Shown here piece by piece: positions 39,045-53,115 of a stretch of 64,000 nucleotides of DNA. The translations under genes and the position numbers were made by a program. The first letter of the stretch is position 1. The number at the start of each line of letters is the position of its first letter. The notes below the pieces were generated by a model. That model was not told the origin of the DNA. It searched no databases and worked only from the letters and a program-made list of their open reading frames with translations. Origin of the DNA: Octopus sinensis (lineage: Eukaryota); assembly GCF_006345805.1 (NCBI RefSeq), contig NC_043004.1, forward strand, positions 24,614,001 to 24,678,000, given 5' to 3'.

Positions 39045-40895
39045 TTTCTTTATTAGCCACACAGGGCTGCACACAGACAGGACAAATTACAAGGTAGAGC
39101 TTTTCTTTTGGTTTTCGATCAAAAGGGATCGTAAAAGGAAAGAAAGAGGACAAAAAAAGGGGGGATAAAAAAGAAAAAAAATCGATCAATAGGGATCGTT
39201 ATCACAGAAATGTCAATATAAGGTGTAAAGGGGAGGACAGGTGAGATTTACCCGTGGAAAGAAAAGCCTACGGAAAAGACCACGGTAACCTCGGTCAATG
39301 AAGTCACATGTTATATTTTTTTACAAATAAGCAAGTCTCTGTATTAATTTTTACGGTTCATAGGATCATAGTCAAGGTGGCTTCGTCATTCATACGTGCC
39401 ATCCTTGCTACATTCACCCATCTTTTTTTAAAACATTCACTAGACAACACTTGCCTCTCTACTCTCACTTTCCTCTTCAAGTGATACTTGAAGAAGTTGA
39501 TGAGAGATTGACCAGAGAGGAAAGTGTTTGTCTCTAATCCTTTCAGGCGCGTCCACCAGATACATTCTTTCGCCATAGCCACAAGTATGATAAAAATAGC
39601 TCTTCCTTCCCGTTTGAAGGAAGGAGGCGTGACGATATTAACGATAGACTCGGCTGATAAGCCGACACGTCCCACATGTGACAGCAGTGGTTCGACATAA
39701 GCCCACAGGTCGGAGGTTGTTGGACACTGCACGATTGCGTGCAGAACGGTTTCGTCGCTCTGCCCGCATCTCGGGCAGGTCGGCCCCGTATTTCTCGAGC
39801 CATGCCTATAGAGCTTATCCCGAACGGGTAGCGCTTCTCGGTAGCACTGCTAGGCCAGGGATCTCTGGAAGTTGTCCATAGGTCCCGGCCCGAAAGTCGT
39901 TTCAAACAGGCGGGTCAGGTATTCCTCGTCGACGCCCAGGTTTGCTCCAAGATCCCCTCCACTAATCCCCTATAGAATGCTTTGGTTGTGTTGAAGTCAC
40001 TCAAGGTCGACCCGGGACGGCAGAGTTGCTTGAAAGCAACGCGACACTCGTGGTGCCATTCGCCCTTCCTCGGCCTCTTTTTGATCCACGACAGCAGTTC
40101 GGTCATGGAGACGAGCTGCGGGAACGCGTGCCTCACAAACGGCGACCACACCTGTTCACCGTTGTCTACATAGAGCCGGAGATGTCGCAGTCTCAACGCG
40201 TGTCTGCGCATCATCAACCACGGCATGCCCACCCCTCTTTTTAACGGGTGTTGACAGCAAATGGATCGCCTGACCATCGGGACGCATCCTTTCCACAAGA
40301 AGCGGAAGAGAATGCGTTCTAGTTTGGTGATGGTAGGGTCGGGACAAGGTACGACGGTCAAGCGGTAGTAGATGATGGACGCGATGTACGTGTTCGCCAC
40401 CTCCGCCCGACCTTTTAGGGACAGTTTCCTCTCGGCCCAATGCTGGGCGAGAGTGACCACCCTAGTCATTATCTCGTTCCAGTTCTTCTCCATTTGGAGG
40501 TCCAGTCCGAACCAGACCCCGAGCAACTCAACCGGGCCGTCCGTCCAGCGTCCCACGACGGAGGTACTGGTGGGCGGCATGGGCTTGCTTCTCCAGGTGC
40601 CGAGCCGCAAGCCCACTGACTTTTCCTGATTGATTTTTGCTCCTGTCACCGCTTCGTAGTCTTTCAGTGTCTCGCCGACCAGCTCGATGTGCTCGTGGCT
40701 TGAAACTATGACGGTGACGTCGTCCGCGTATGCAGACACGCTCGTCTCGCATCCCAATTCTCGCGGGATGCCCCTCAGAGTCGCCAGCTTCCGCAGTAGT
40801 GGCTCGAGAGTCAATACGTATAGAAGCGCTGAGAGGGGGCATCCCTGACGGACCGAACGTGCAATGCCGAAAGGTCTCGATAGATGTCCATTTAC
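39045..40895 (-). mobile_element. 5'-truncated Tx1-like (L1 clade) LINE, young
   Basis: SVRQGCPLSALLYVLTLEPLL, SAYADDVTV, GAKINQEKS, LSLKGRAEV and a C-terminal CPRC...HAIVQC zinc finger. One frameshift near 39950 and one TGG>TAG stop. ORF ends at 39358, followed by a ~310-nt 3' UTR ending AATAAAGAAA next to (TATC)n. GC-rich relative to flanks; possible 5-bp TSD ATATG. Confidence 0.93.
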
Positions 40896-42182
40896 ATATG
40901 ACGGTGGACGATTGTTGGAACTCGCCTAGTGATATTCCTGAGGTCCACCACTCAAGAGTATTCATCCAAACGCATATTCATCGGAAGTTAGACAAAAACG
41001 ATGATATAATTTGTTTGTGGAGTTTTACTAGTTTTTCAGTAGAATTTTAAGAAAACATTCTGGTTTTGAAGAAAAAATGATTTCTAATTATGGTTGTATG
41101 TTATACTGTGTTCTTCATAAGCTGCTTCATGGAAAGAAAAAAAAACAATGAAATTCTATGGATTTTAAGTATCTTAAAAGCTTGACGGAATGGTAATAAA
41201 TGAATGTCATTTTCGGATTTTTTTAGTCAAAAACATTTAGTTCAGGTCCAAAGTTTCAGACAGTGGAGAAAGTTTTTGTTTTGTTTACCTATATAATTCA
41301 TATATTTGTAGAGATTTACATAATAAATACAGCATGATGACATGATACCACCAAGTTCACTGTAAAACAGGGTAGAGTAGGACATAAGATAGATATGTGT
41401 ATACCTGTGTGGCGAATGGACTTATGGATATGTTGAATCACTTTAAACCACATACATTGACACACACTTGAACCAACAACCTCTGTATATCTATTCCGAA
41501 ATCGAAGAATTTACTGATTCGTTGACTTGTGTCAGATTTGTCCGCTCTCGTTTTGGGTAGCTCTTCTCTGAGCACCATCTATGAAATCACATAACCAGCA
41601 CCGTAAATATGTCGTGTATTTCAGTTCAATTTTATAATTAATACTGTCAAAAATCGCATAAAACATACACATTACTTAGCATTATTTTATAAATTCAGTT
41701 TTAAAACTACGAATAAAAACATCTCGTGGTTGTCTGCCTCAACAAAAACCTTATTTAAAGATCTAAAATTTAGTTAAATTAGTAATCCACGGGGAGAAGA
41801 GAATTGCTGTTTTGGAGCAAGTCCTTCTATCAATTTTGATACCACGAGATAATCTCTTACAGTTTAGTTATACTCCAAGCAAGATAATTCTGAATTTCAA
41901 ATTTGATTTCCCGTTGAAATTAGTATTACAATTTCACAAAGCATCCCTGGCAAAACTAACATCAACAACTAGCTCCCTATCATCCCTCAAAATATCCACA
42001 AAATCTGCACTACTGCTAACAACAACATAACCATTAATGTTAACGCACGGTCACAAATTTTGTAGTCAAGAGTAGGGCCGTTTACATCGAACCCCGAATG
42101 TGTGACTGGTATAAGACTGTAATGGAAACTGCAACATGGTGCGAACTGATTAAAGGCAGAATCGACTTCGGCAGGAAATGTA

Positions 42183-42703
42183 CCGTAAATCCTCGAGTAT
42201 AGTCCGCATTTTTTCCCAAAAATTTAAAGGTCAAAATCCCTTGTGCGTACTATATACGAGGTTAAAAATGAAAATTATTTTCTAAGCAATGTCCGAGTCT
42301 CTAATAGTTGTCCAGAAATGTTTATTCAGACACAGTTTGTGATGTCCGGCGCGAAAATACCTTAAGCTAAGCCTGAAAGCAATGAAGTCATAAAAGAATC
42401 ATCCATAACTTGCAGTAAGCAACATTTATTAAATGTAATTACTGTTATTACGGTTATTTCTTTATTTTCTGCAAACAAAATGCACAAAAAAGCTACATGT
42501 TTGCATTATGTTATATATACAATAATAATAAAGGACGTTACTGTATAAAATTTTACAAACCAAGGACGTTATATAGACCTTCTTGACTCAAGTTAGAGAA
42601 GGGGTGCGTATTATACACAAGGTTTAGGTTATTCAGAGGTACAGCCTCCTAAAACTCCCCTGCGTATTATACTCAAGGGCGGACTATACTCGAGGATTTA
42701 CGA
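42183..42703. mobile_element. Tc1/mariner-superfamily MITE (Tc2/pogo-like CCGTA ends)
   Basis: 25-bp TIR CCGTAAATCCTCGAGTATAGTCCGC (1 mismatch), TA on both sides, and subterminal repeats TGCGTAyTATAywCrAGG (3 copies). Confidence 0.85.
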
Positions 42704-43377
42704 TATTCAGAACACACAGTTATTTCTCTCATATATACCAGCCTATATAAACCAATCCTATTCCATAGATTTGAACATGCCACCATACCTCATTTCCCTC
42801 AGTTTGTTTTTCTTTTTCTATTGTTTTTGTTAATCTATGTATGAGGATTTTGCAAGATACAGATATCCTAACACAATACTGCACATCAAATATATAGCCA
42901 AGAACTGTTATTTGTTCGTAAGTTCGAATAAGCGCGTACACATGCGGCGGTGATCATATTCCAGACTACACATAACTTTGATAAAATATAAAAGATATTT
43001 ATTTAAAGCAAGGGACAATGTGGGTATTATCACGGTTATGCTTTCCCGGGGAATAAATCAACACACTCGAGCCTAGAAATGAATCAGGGTCCCTGTCTCG
43101 TCCCAAAGCATGTTTACCTCTAACACCTTACCATTCGCTCTATTCAGATTAGACAATTATTGTTCATTCTTCAAATGAATTATTAGATAATTTTGTAGAA
43201 TTCAGGTAATACTATGTCTACTGACGTAAAGTAATAGATGCATCAAATAGTGTTCAGATGGTCTTACTGCCTAATGATTATTGGGTGTAGGTGGTTCATC
43301 AATCGAACAGGTACATGTATAATAGAATAAAAATATAAGCAGGCATACAAAACTGGAGTCAGGTTATGCATATATAA

Positions 43378-43408
<31 letters not shown>

Positions 43409-44204
43409 TGTATGTATGTATGTATGTATGTATGTATAGCGAGAAATAGGGTTATTAACAGTTACAAACAGAAATTCTGTCTAGCTTAATAACATTAATA
43501 GAAAAATAAAATATAACGTCTTGTGCTATTTGGTTATGTCCCTTTAAATTCGAACTTCGAATCCCGCCATTGTCTACTTTGATTTTTTTTTTTTTTGGAG
43601 GAGGTGGATTTTTACTATCATTTTATTGTTCATAAATTAAGAACCATCCACGTCCAAAGTTCATTCAAACCAACCATACTCCTTTCCTATAGTACATGAC
43701 CTCGAATCAGTGAAACGTGCACATTCAGTCACAAAGACGGGAAAAATTACAGCAATGTAGGTGTCTATGACTGTTACCATTATTTTATCCTAAGACTTGT
43801 AAAAAAAAACATCCAATAATAAATATTATATGTGAAGGTTGCCAAACAGCAACCAATGGTTAGGTAGAAAAGCAAAATAGTAGAGCACCCTTGCTCACAG
43901 ATATAGTAGAGACTTTGAAATAATGAACAGAAAACTTGTGAACCAGTACAGAACTTCACACACACACATTCTGTCTTTTAGTAGAATCTTCCTAAAAATA
44001 AATTGCAGCAAGTAAGTTAAAACTTAAAAGTTCTATTGTCAAATACATACAACATCGAACTCCGAGTACAAATTCTCTCATCTTAAGCTCATAGAGGTAA
44101 TTAATAGTGTTGCATTTATTATAGAACAGAGAAGAAAGATAACAACAAAAAAAGCTCATCACGAAAGATACAACTATGCCATGCTCCAAAAGTAAACAGC
44201 TTAC

Positions 44205-44964
44205 CTGCTATATCTGTACTGATTCCTTTTAATAAAACATCCTTTATATTTAATCCACCATTCTCGAGAATGTGAAAATGATATGATATATTTTCCTTCG
44301 TTAACTGGAAAGCAAGAGCTGATACAGTGAAAAAGCAAAACCTAAACGTAATGGTATCCAATCCGTTGCTGTTGTAAAGAACGTAAACTTTTCTCCAGTT
44401 GTAATAACGAAATATACTGAGTAGTGAATCGCTCAGACCATTGAAAGTAATTCCAACTCGAGTGAGACTTCCAAACTCAGTTTTATCTTGGAAATCATGA
44501 GCCATACCTCCCGGACTAATCACTGGTATATTCCAATAGAAAGAATAGCGACTGACTGGAGCCAGAGCATATTCACAAACAGGGCCGAAGAATATATCGA
44601 CTTCATTGTTCATATAGAATTTAAAAGCAGCCAGTGGGGGTTGTGTCGCATCGCATGTGACCCCATGGTAGTTCACCTTGATACGAATTGACCTTAAATT
44701 ACCTGAGTGCATGACTTTTTCTATCGCTAAATCGATAGCTGGAGAAATTCGATCTATAGAAAACATCAAACTATTATTTGTTGATACCAACACAGCGATT
44801 CGAACTTCTGTAACATTTAAATCTACCGTGTCATTATGCGTAGCGCTATTATCACGTTTCCCGAACCTGTGGCGACGCGGCTCCGTTTGAAAAGGTTCCG
44901 TAAAATATAAGTAAGTTTGTAACGTCAGGTAGATAAAAATCCAGGTGTGTTTCTCCTTCTCCAT
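44205..44964 (-). CDS. First coding exon of a natriuretic peptide receptor / receptor guanylyl cyclase-like protein (ANF-receptor ligand-binding ectodomain, N-terminal 253 aa)
   Basis: ORF 44119..44964 encodes a hydrophobic N-terminus followed by IAVL...SIDRISPAIDLAIE, TCD, FFGPVCEYALAPVSRYSFYWNIPVISPG, LTRVG and YNWRKV, all typical of NPR/rGC ectodomains. Similarity stops at a canonical donor GCAG|GTAAGC after 44205 (760 nt, phase 1). This exon alone cannot distinguish a cyclase (NPR1/2-like) from a clearance receptor (NPR3-like). Confidence 0.92.
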
Positions 44965-45139
44965 CTCATTAATCCGAACAATTACTAGACTAAGTCCAGC
45001 AACAAATGTTTTGTCTTGTTATGCTTATATAGCTTTATATTATTCATCTCTTTATATTTTTCATCCTCTTTCTTTCTCTAGACATCAAATAAACTTGGAT
45101 AATTCAGTGAGTCAGTGTACTGTTGTAATAATGTATAAG

Positions 45140-45149
45140 TTGATGATGT

Positions 45150-45191
<42 letters not shown>

Positions 45192-45471
45192 CTACAAAAA
45201 TTATAATGATAATGATGAAGGTAGTACAGGTCTTGTGTTTTGGCTATTACGGGCAATATATGTACTTCTGAATTTCATAGTGATGATGATAACGATGACG
45301 ACAATGGGGATTATGGTAATAATGATGATGATGATGATGATGATGATGATAACGATGATGCTGTGATTATACTTAGCATTATTCCCTGTTATTGTCACTG
45401 TTGTTTTTCTTATAACTACTTCTTGTCGAAACTTATTTAATCACTCCTCCCTCCAATTCACTCTCTTCCTT

Positions 45472-45532
<61 letters not shown>

Positions 45533-45894
45533 GATATATATATATATATATAATATATATATATATCTTTCCCGCTTTCTCTCTTTCACTTACCACATTT
45601 TTCTCTCTCTCCTATCCTTCCCTCTCTGTCTCTCCCTATCTCTTCTCTCTTGTTTCCTACCCACACGCTTACAAGTACAACTTCCTCTTTTTATGTCCAC
45701 AAAGTCGCACACAAACACACACATACAGATGCACAGACACACAAACATAGACACACAAACACAGTCATGCGCGCGAATACTCACGTACTTTCACAATTAC
45801 AACAAACACACATACACATACACGCACCTGCAAATCCACATTTCTTTTCGAACAACTTCGTTATTTCACTCTCTCTTACTATATACACTTCTTC

Positions 45895-45928
<34 letters not shown>

Positions 45929-46079
45929 TTCTCTCTCTTACACACACACACGCACGCAGGCACATACACACACACACTTGCTTTTTCTATCTTTCTATCT
46001 CTTTTCTCTCATTCATATAATTTCCAACCACTTCACACATTGTCATTCGTTTTCGCGCCTCCTCTATCGGTCAGTGTAT

Positions 46080-46124
<45 letters not shown>

Positions 46125-46515
46125 AACGCACACACACGCACACACACACACAAAACACACACACAAACACACACACACACACACACACACACAAAACACA
46201 CACACAAACACACACACACGCACACACACACACAAAACACACACACAAACACACACACACACGCATGCACTCACACACACATACACACGCGCACATACAC
46301 TCAAACTCCCACATACACATAGAGGAACGTGAACATATATATATATGTATACATATATCTGTGTACATATATCAACACGCATATATAAGTGTGTGTATAT
46401 ATATATACATTCATATACACATTCAATAATATACAATACACATATTTACACACAAACATGCATTATGTACACACACATAAACACATACATTACATACACA
46501 CACGCATACACACAT
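45140..46515. repeat. Microsatellite cluster upstream of the receptor start codon: (ATG)n, (CT)n, (AT)n, long (CA)n
   Basis: Read directly; the (CA)-rich tract 46081-46300 is ~220 bp. Confidence 0.95.
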
Positions 46516-46517
46516 AT

Positions 46518-46945
46518 TACTCTTTACTCTTTTACTCTTTTACTTGTTTCAGTCATTTGACTGCGGCCATGCTGGAGCACCGCCTTTAGTCGAGCAACTC
46601 GACCCCGGGACTTATTCTTTGTAAGCCCAGTACTTATTCTATCGGTCTCTTTTGCCGAACCGCTAAGTGACGGGGACATAAACACACCAGCATCGGTTGT
46701 CAAGCAATGCTAGGGGGGACAAACACAGACACACAAACACACATGCGCACACATATATATATATATATATATACATATATACGACGAGCTTCTTTCAGTT
46801 TCCGTCTACCAAATCCACTCACAAGGCTTTGGTTGGCCCGAGGCTATAGTAGAAGACACTTGTCCAAGGTGCCACGAAGTGGGACTGAACCCGGAACCAT
46901 GTGGTTGGTAAGCAAGCTACTTACCACACAGCCACTCCTGCGCCT
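46518..46945 (-). mobile_element. Family-B SINE, full length
   Basis: Near-identical to the 36286 and 63440 copies. Confidence 0.88.
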
Positions 46946-47265
46946 ATATATATATATATATATTTTTACATTACAGTAACGCTTCTTCAGGTGTACAAAC
47001 ACATGTAGATATTCACTACTTCACTACGTCACTTCATCCCCCTTTCATCACTCATCTCACCTTCCACTCTATTTTCTTGTAACATGTTTACCTGTCGTTT
47101 AGTTTCTTACATCTAATGATATACTTCCATATAAAACTGAATGGAATCTCTACCTCTCATTCTCTTTCTTTCCCTCTCCATATCTCTAGTTCTTTCTCTC
47201 TCTCCATCCCCTACCTACCTAACTACCTACATACCTACCTACCTATCTCTCAGTCTGTCTACCTA

Positions 47266-47313
<48 letters not shown>

Positions 47314-47530
47314 ACTATCTATCTATCTATTTCTATCACACCCTCAGACTTTAATGTGTGCGGGCCTGTATGTTTGTCTATAAATATGTATGTGTGCATG
47401 TATGTATGTATGTATGTATGTATGTATGTATGTATGTATGTATGTATGTATGTATGTATACATGTATGTAGATAGATAGATAGATAGATGGATGGATGGA
47501 TGGATGGATGGATGGATGGATGGATGGATG

Positions 47531-47592
<62 letters not shown>

Positions 47593-47597
47593 CAGAC

Positions 47598-47753
<156 letters not shown>

Positions 47754-47953
47754 TTAGTAGAAATTACAGATTGACTCAAGGTACGAGAGTTTCGAGCGTT
47801 GACACTTATCAAACTCACGAAACTCTGGGATCTTGAGTCATTCTGTTTTTTTGATCGGATCTGTTGATCAGATCAAGTGGAACCCTTGTCGTCGTAACCG
47901 ACGGAGTGCCACGACGACATATATATATACATATATACATATATATATAATAT

Positions 47954-48016
<63 letters not shown>

Positions 48017-48371
48017 ATGTGTGTATGTATATTTATATATATACGTATAAATAATGTGTGTATGTATATTTATATATATACATATAAATATATTATATAT
48101 ATACATATATATATATATATATTCATACATATATTTATATATATATATACATACATACATAAATATACGTGTATATAAGCATAGATGCATATATGTTTAT
48201 ATATATGAATACATATATATATGTGTTTGTGTGTGTGTGTGTGTGTTTGTGTAAATATATATATGTGTATGTGTGTGTGTATGTATGTGAGCCAACCAAA
48301 TCCTTCTGGGTGAATTTGACAAACGGAGACTGAAAGAAGTCCGACGTATTTGTGTGTGTGTGTGTCTGTGT

Positions 48372-48640
48372 GTGTCTGTGTGGCGGTTGTCTACTCTTCG
48401 GGTAGAGTCGGACAACCTCCTGTACTTACACCTTAGATCCATCATGGCATCTGATATGGCTTTTTAAACTAGACATCTTATTGAAAAGACACCCATATAG
48501 ATTGCATATCTGGTCTGAACCACCAAGAGCTACAGTTAAGCTCTAATCTTTGTGTGTCTTAAGATGTCTTTTGAGGCCCCCGTTAGAGGAGGGATACACG
48601 GCACGTTAGTTGAGGCATACACCTTACGATATACACAGCA
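48372..48640 (-). mobile_element. Probable RTE-type LINE 3' tip inserted in the (TG)n of a CORE-SINE
   Basis: The minus strand reads KRHLKTH...CNLYGCLFNKMSSLKSHIRCH (terminal zinc fingers). It separates the two halves of a SINE (48285-48350 and 48670-48850). Confidence 0.45.
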
Positions 48641-48935
48641 CGGAAAGGTTTGCACATATATTCATGTGTGTGTCTTTGTGTCTTTGTCCCCCGCACCATC
48701 ACTTGGCAACCGATGCTGGTGTGTTTACGCCCCTCTTAACTAAGAGACCGATAGAATAAGTACTAAACTTACAAAGAATAAACCCTGGGGTCGATTTGTT
48801 AGACCAAAATCCTTTAAGGCATGACCGCTGTCAAATGACTGAAACAAGTAGAATATACATATATATATATACGCGCGTGCGCATAAACATACTCTCTCAC
48901 ACACAAACACACACACATACATATATATGTATATG

Positions 48936-49024
<89 letters not shown>

Positions 49025-49095
49025 GGATGGATAGATAGATAGATAGATACATACATACATACATACATACATACATACATACATACATACATACA

Positions 49096-49126
<31 letters not shown>

Positions 49127-49660
49127 GTATGTGTCTGTGCATTTAAGTGTTAGGTATGTTCCTAGTTGTTAGCCGATGAAGCTCGTTCAGAGCCTCAGGC
49201 TACCTGACGTCATCCACGCTATTTGCACAATTGTCGCTGGATCTACCTCAGGAATTCCTCAGTGTTCGTTGAGTATATAACAAATGGTAGAGACGTCTCC
49301 ATCATTTGTTACATATACGAGTGCGTGTGTATGTGTGTGTGCGTGTATGCGTGTACGTGCCTGTGTGTATGTATGTATATTTGTGCATATATATGTATAC
49401 ATATATATATATTGCATGTATCACGTACTCGCGTTGTATTTTCTTGCCTTTTTTCTCCATTTTTTATATTAATTATACACACACACACATACATATATAT
49501 ATTTATATATATATATATATATATCGTATCGTATACACATATATATATATACACGATACAAACCTTTCATATACACATATATACATATATATATATTCAT
49601 ATATTACTCTATCTCACTCTTTTTCATTATCGAGGTATCTTTCTGTCAACCTATATTCCT

Positions 49661-49748
<88 letters not shown>

Positions 49749-50579
49749 ATATTATATATATATATATACATATCTACCTATCTATCTATCAATCAATCTA
49801 TCTATCTTTCTCATTTCCTCTTTATTTCTCCCTCACTCTTTCTCTCTCCTGCTTCTATCTCTTTCAATGTATATTTTGCTAGCAAACTATCTACTTAACT
49901 AAATATCTATCTACCTATCTTTTATATATTTATTTATGTATGTATCTACATGCATTTAGCGCTTGAGTCCATATGTGCTTCTGAATGCAGTTTTCATTTC
50001 TGTAGATCTTTGAGAGAAAGTTATGGTTGTCGATTTCTTGATCAGATAATTAGAATATTTATTTACATTTAATCTAATAAACAAAAAACAATCATCGTTG
50101 TTATTGTTGGTTTTCTTATTGTTGTTGCTGTTGTTGTTGTTGATATAGCTCATTGATCAAAGGTATTCCCTGTCTGGTCATCTTTTCGTATTGCACTGAC
50201 CAAACTGCCATTGCCTTTCAGAAGCCGGGACAATGCGATTTGAGAAATCTTTGTCTGCTATTTCTAGCAGATCAAACGACCATATACAGATACTGTCATT
50301 AGATATAACCATGGTGTCAACAAGATGTATCGAGTTGTGTGTGTAAGATGTGTTGGGAAAACATTTAAATATAATGAAATGCAAGACGGCGTGGCTGTGT
50401 AGTAAGAAGTTTGCTTCCCGTCCACATGGTCTTAGGTTCAGTCCCACTGCGTGATACTTCTACTATAGCCTCAGGCCATTCAAAGCTTTTTCTTTTCTTT
50501 TTTTCTACCCCCTGACAAAGGATTGAATCCGAAACGTTGGATATTCCACTCCTCATGGTAAGTTCACTGTATCCCTTTC

Positions 50580-50623
<44 letters not shown>

Positions 50624-50712
50624 TTATATATGTATATACATACATACATACATCTACATACATATGTATATACATACATACATACATCTACATACATATG
50701 CATATATACATA

Positions 50713-50783
<71 letters not shown>

Positions 50784-50785
<2 letters not shown>

Positions 50786-51812
50786 AGCAAAACGTCCCCC
50801 GTCCAATGGACGGTGCTGAGTTGTCAAACATTTAAACCAAATTTTCTGAAAACAACTTGTCCCACCGTTCCATAGGCCTCCCCTTTGAGAAACACTGATT
50901 TAACCTAATTTTGAGACACCAGCAAAAGAAGAAATAAAAATAGACTTTTTTCTATTCCAAAGAAAAATGATTTTATTCACGCAAATATGCAACCGAAGAG
51001 TTTAAAGTGCCAGTAATGATAAGGCTGTTGACTGGGAGAACACAAACATCGTTTAAACAGTAAGCTTGGCAGGAAAGAAACGTGCCTTTAAGCAGTACAA
51101 AAACAACAAAAAATGGAAGGTGCAGTTATGTACAGGCTGACGGAAAAAAAGCAGGACAGAAACGATGCATGCAAACGGGTTAGCTGGAGGTAAATCTTGA
51201 TGGAAAAGCATGATGAATTTATGAGAACGTACCTGGGACAATAATAAGTTTATCCGATAAAACATGTAGGAAATCAACTTGGGGCGAGTTTTGATGAAAA
51301 GCAACAACCTAGGGAACTAAGTAATTAATTTTAAGCTAACTTACTTTACGGGATGTTCAAGGGCATGGAAAAGCCAGTGGAGCGCAGCCTTTAGCATGCC
51401 TTTATTCCAATAAAATTTTTGGTTTTGTTAAACGAAATTAAGGAAAAAAAAAACTTCTCGAGAAACCAAATAGTCTTCCATTCCTTCATTCCAAGTTTGA
51501 AGAAAATATCTCTTTTGCATCTTTGTTTTTTTGGGCCTCTTAAATATACTGCATTTGCGCAAACTGCACATGCGTTTTTCTCGCGAACGCGTAGTATCGA
51601 TCGCAACAGCTGATGTACTTGCGCGTACAACTGCACGTGCCAACGGCTTTATCGATTCGAATCGATTTTTGTAATTTTTTCAAGACTTATACACACCCAG
51701 ATACCGTCGGTATCTACATATCAAATTTGAGCGCAATCGGATGGAGGATGCCCGAGATCCTAGAAGACACAAACACACAGACAAACAGAACGGATTTTAT
51801 AATATATATACA
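50784..51812 (-). mobile_element. Non-autonomous Helitron-like element
   Basis: Subterminal hairpin CCGTCCA-A-TGGACGG (50799-50813) lies 11 nt from a CTTG|T end. The opposite end has the same ACACAGACA...TTTATA architecture as the 11377 element. Confidence 0.6.
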
Positions 51813-51817
51813 TATAT

Positions 51818-52384
51818 CCTCATCAAAATACTGCTTAGATGATCAGGTCATCTCTCACGTATAAGTGATATCTGAATTCCGAAGTAACTTCTCTTTGACC
51901 AATTCCCAACAGGAAAGTTAGCTGGAAGGCCACTCTTGCGCTTCAAAGACAGACCAAAAGACAATCTGAAACTATGCAATGTTCTCTTTTCTTCCTAAGA
52001 AAATAAAGCATCAGAACGCAGGACCTTGTGTCAGCCCTGCTTCTCTTCAGTTCAAAATTTTGAGTGAAATTGACTCCAACACCGGGACCAACTTCGTGCA
52101 AGTATGAAGGTACGCTGGCAAAAACACTGCTCTTCTAAATGGAAACCTCACTTGTCAAAGTGATATCGTGGCTCGAAGCAAAGCAGGCCTAGCCGTCTAC
52201 ACACGAATACACATAGTAAATGATTCACAAGTACTCAAGCAAACTGAGCCCTCAACTTGTTCCATTTGACAAAGGATTTGCAAGGCACCAGCAGGCCTCA
52301 AGAAACATATTTGTCTCCATAGAACATGATCAATATTTTATTTTACTGAACTGTCATTTGTCGTTCACGACAAGAGAATCCATC

Positions 52385-52386
<2 letters not shown>
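51818..52386 (+). mobile_element. RTE-clade LINE 3' fragment, degraded
   Basis: Manual translation gives SGHLSRI..IPK.LLF.Q.PTGK..GRPLLRFKD..KDNLK, then two degenerate C2H2-like motifs (SKAGLAVYTRIH; RICKAPAGLKKHICLH) and a short CAT tail. Confidence 0.72.
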
Positions 52387-52630
<244 letters not shown>

Positions 52631-53115
52631 GAAGAAGACAATATCATCTTAGCAACATTATAGGTCTCTAGGCAAATGAATGCCTTAAGACCTATAGTGT
52701 TTATTTATTGACACCAATGCACAGCCTAGATAGATCAGAATTGAGTCCCTAGATTTTTGAGTCCCCAGAGCAAGTGCCCAATTTGCCTCAAGACGGCATT
52801 GGAAGAAGAACCATTCTCTGCAAAGCGTATCACAGAAACGCCCATCTGTCAACCACTAATATAAACATTTTTCTCCATCTCTCCGTTTGTCTACTACCTT
52901 CCTGCTGTAGTAATTTCATGTCTGAATTTCATGGAAATGCTGACAGGTCATTTAATTACTTGAACCATTATACTTTCACTGTTTCTGTATATCTGTAACT
53001 TGATACTTCGTTTTTGTAATACGGTTTGCAAGATACTTTATGTGAACTCGTGTGTTGAAACAAATTTTGTTGTGTCTGGAGAGAGTCATTATGCCAATAT
53101 TATTAACACACGCAG

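Noticed and set aside
44119-44204. Hydrophobic tail of the 281-aa ORF suggesting a short membrane or secreted isoform
   Set aside because: Lies past a consensus GTAAGC donor; best explained as intron read-through.
45650-46436. His/Thr- and Cys/Val-rich ORFs
   Set aside because: (CA)n and (CT)n microsatellite translations, like most YI/IY, LSIY and poly-I/N ORFs in the track.
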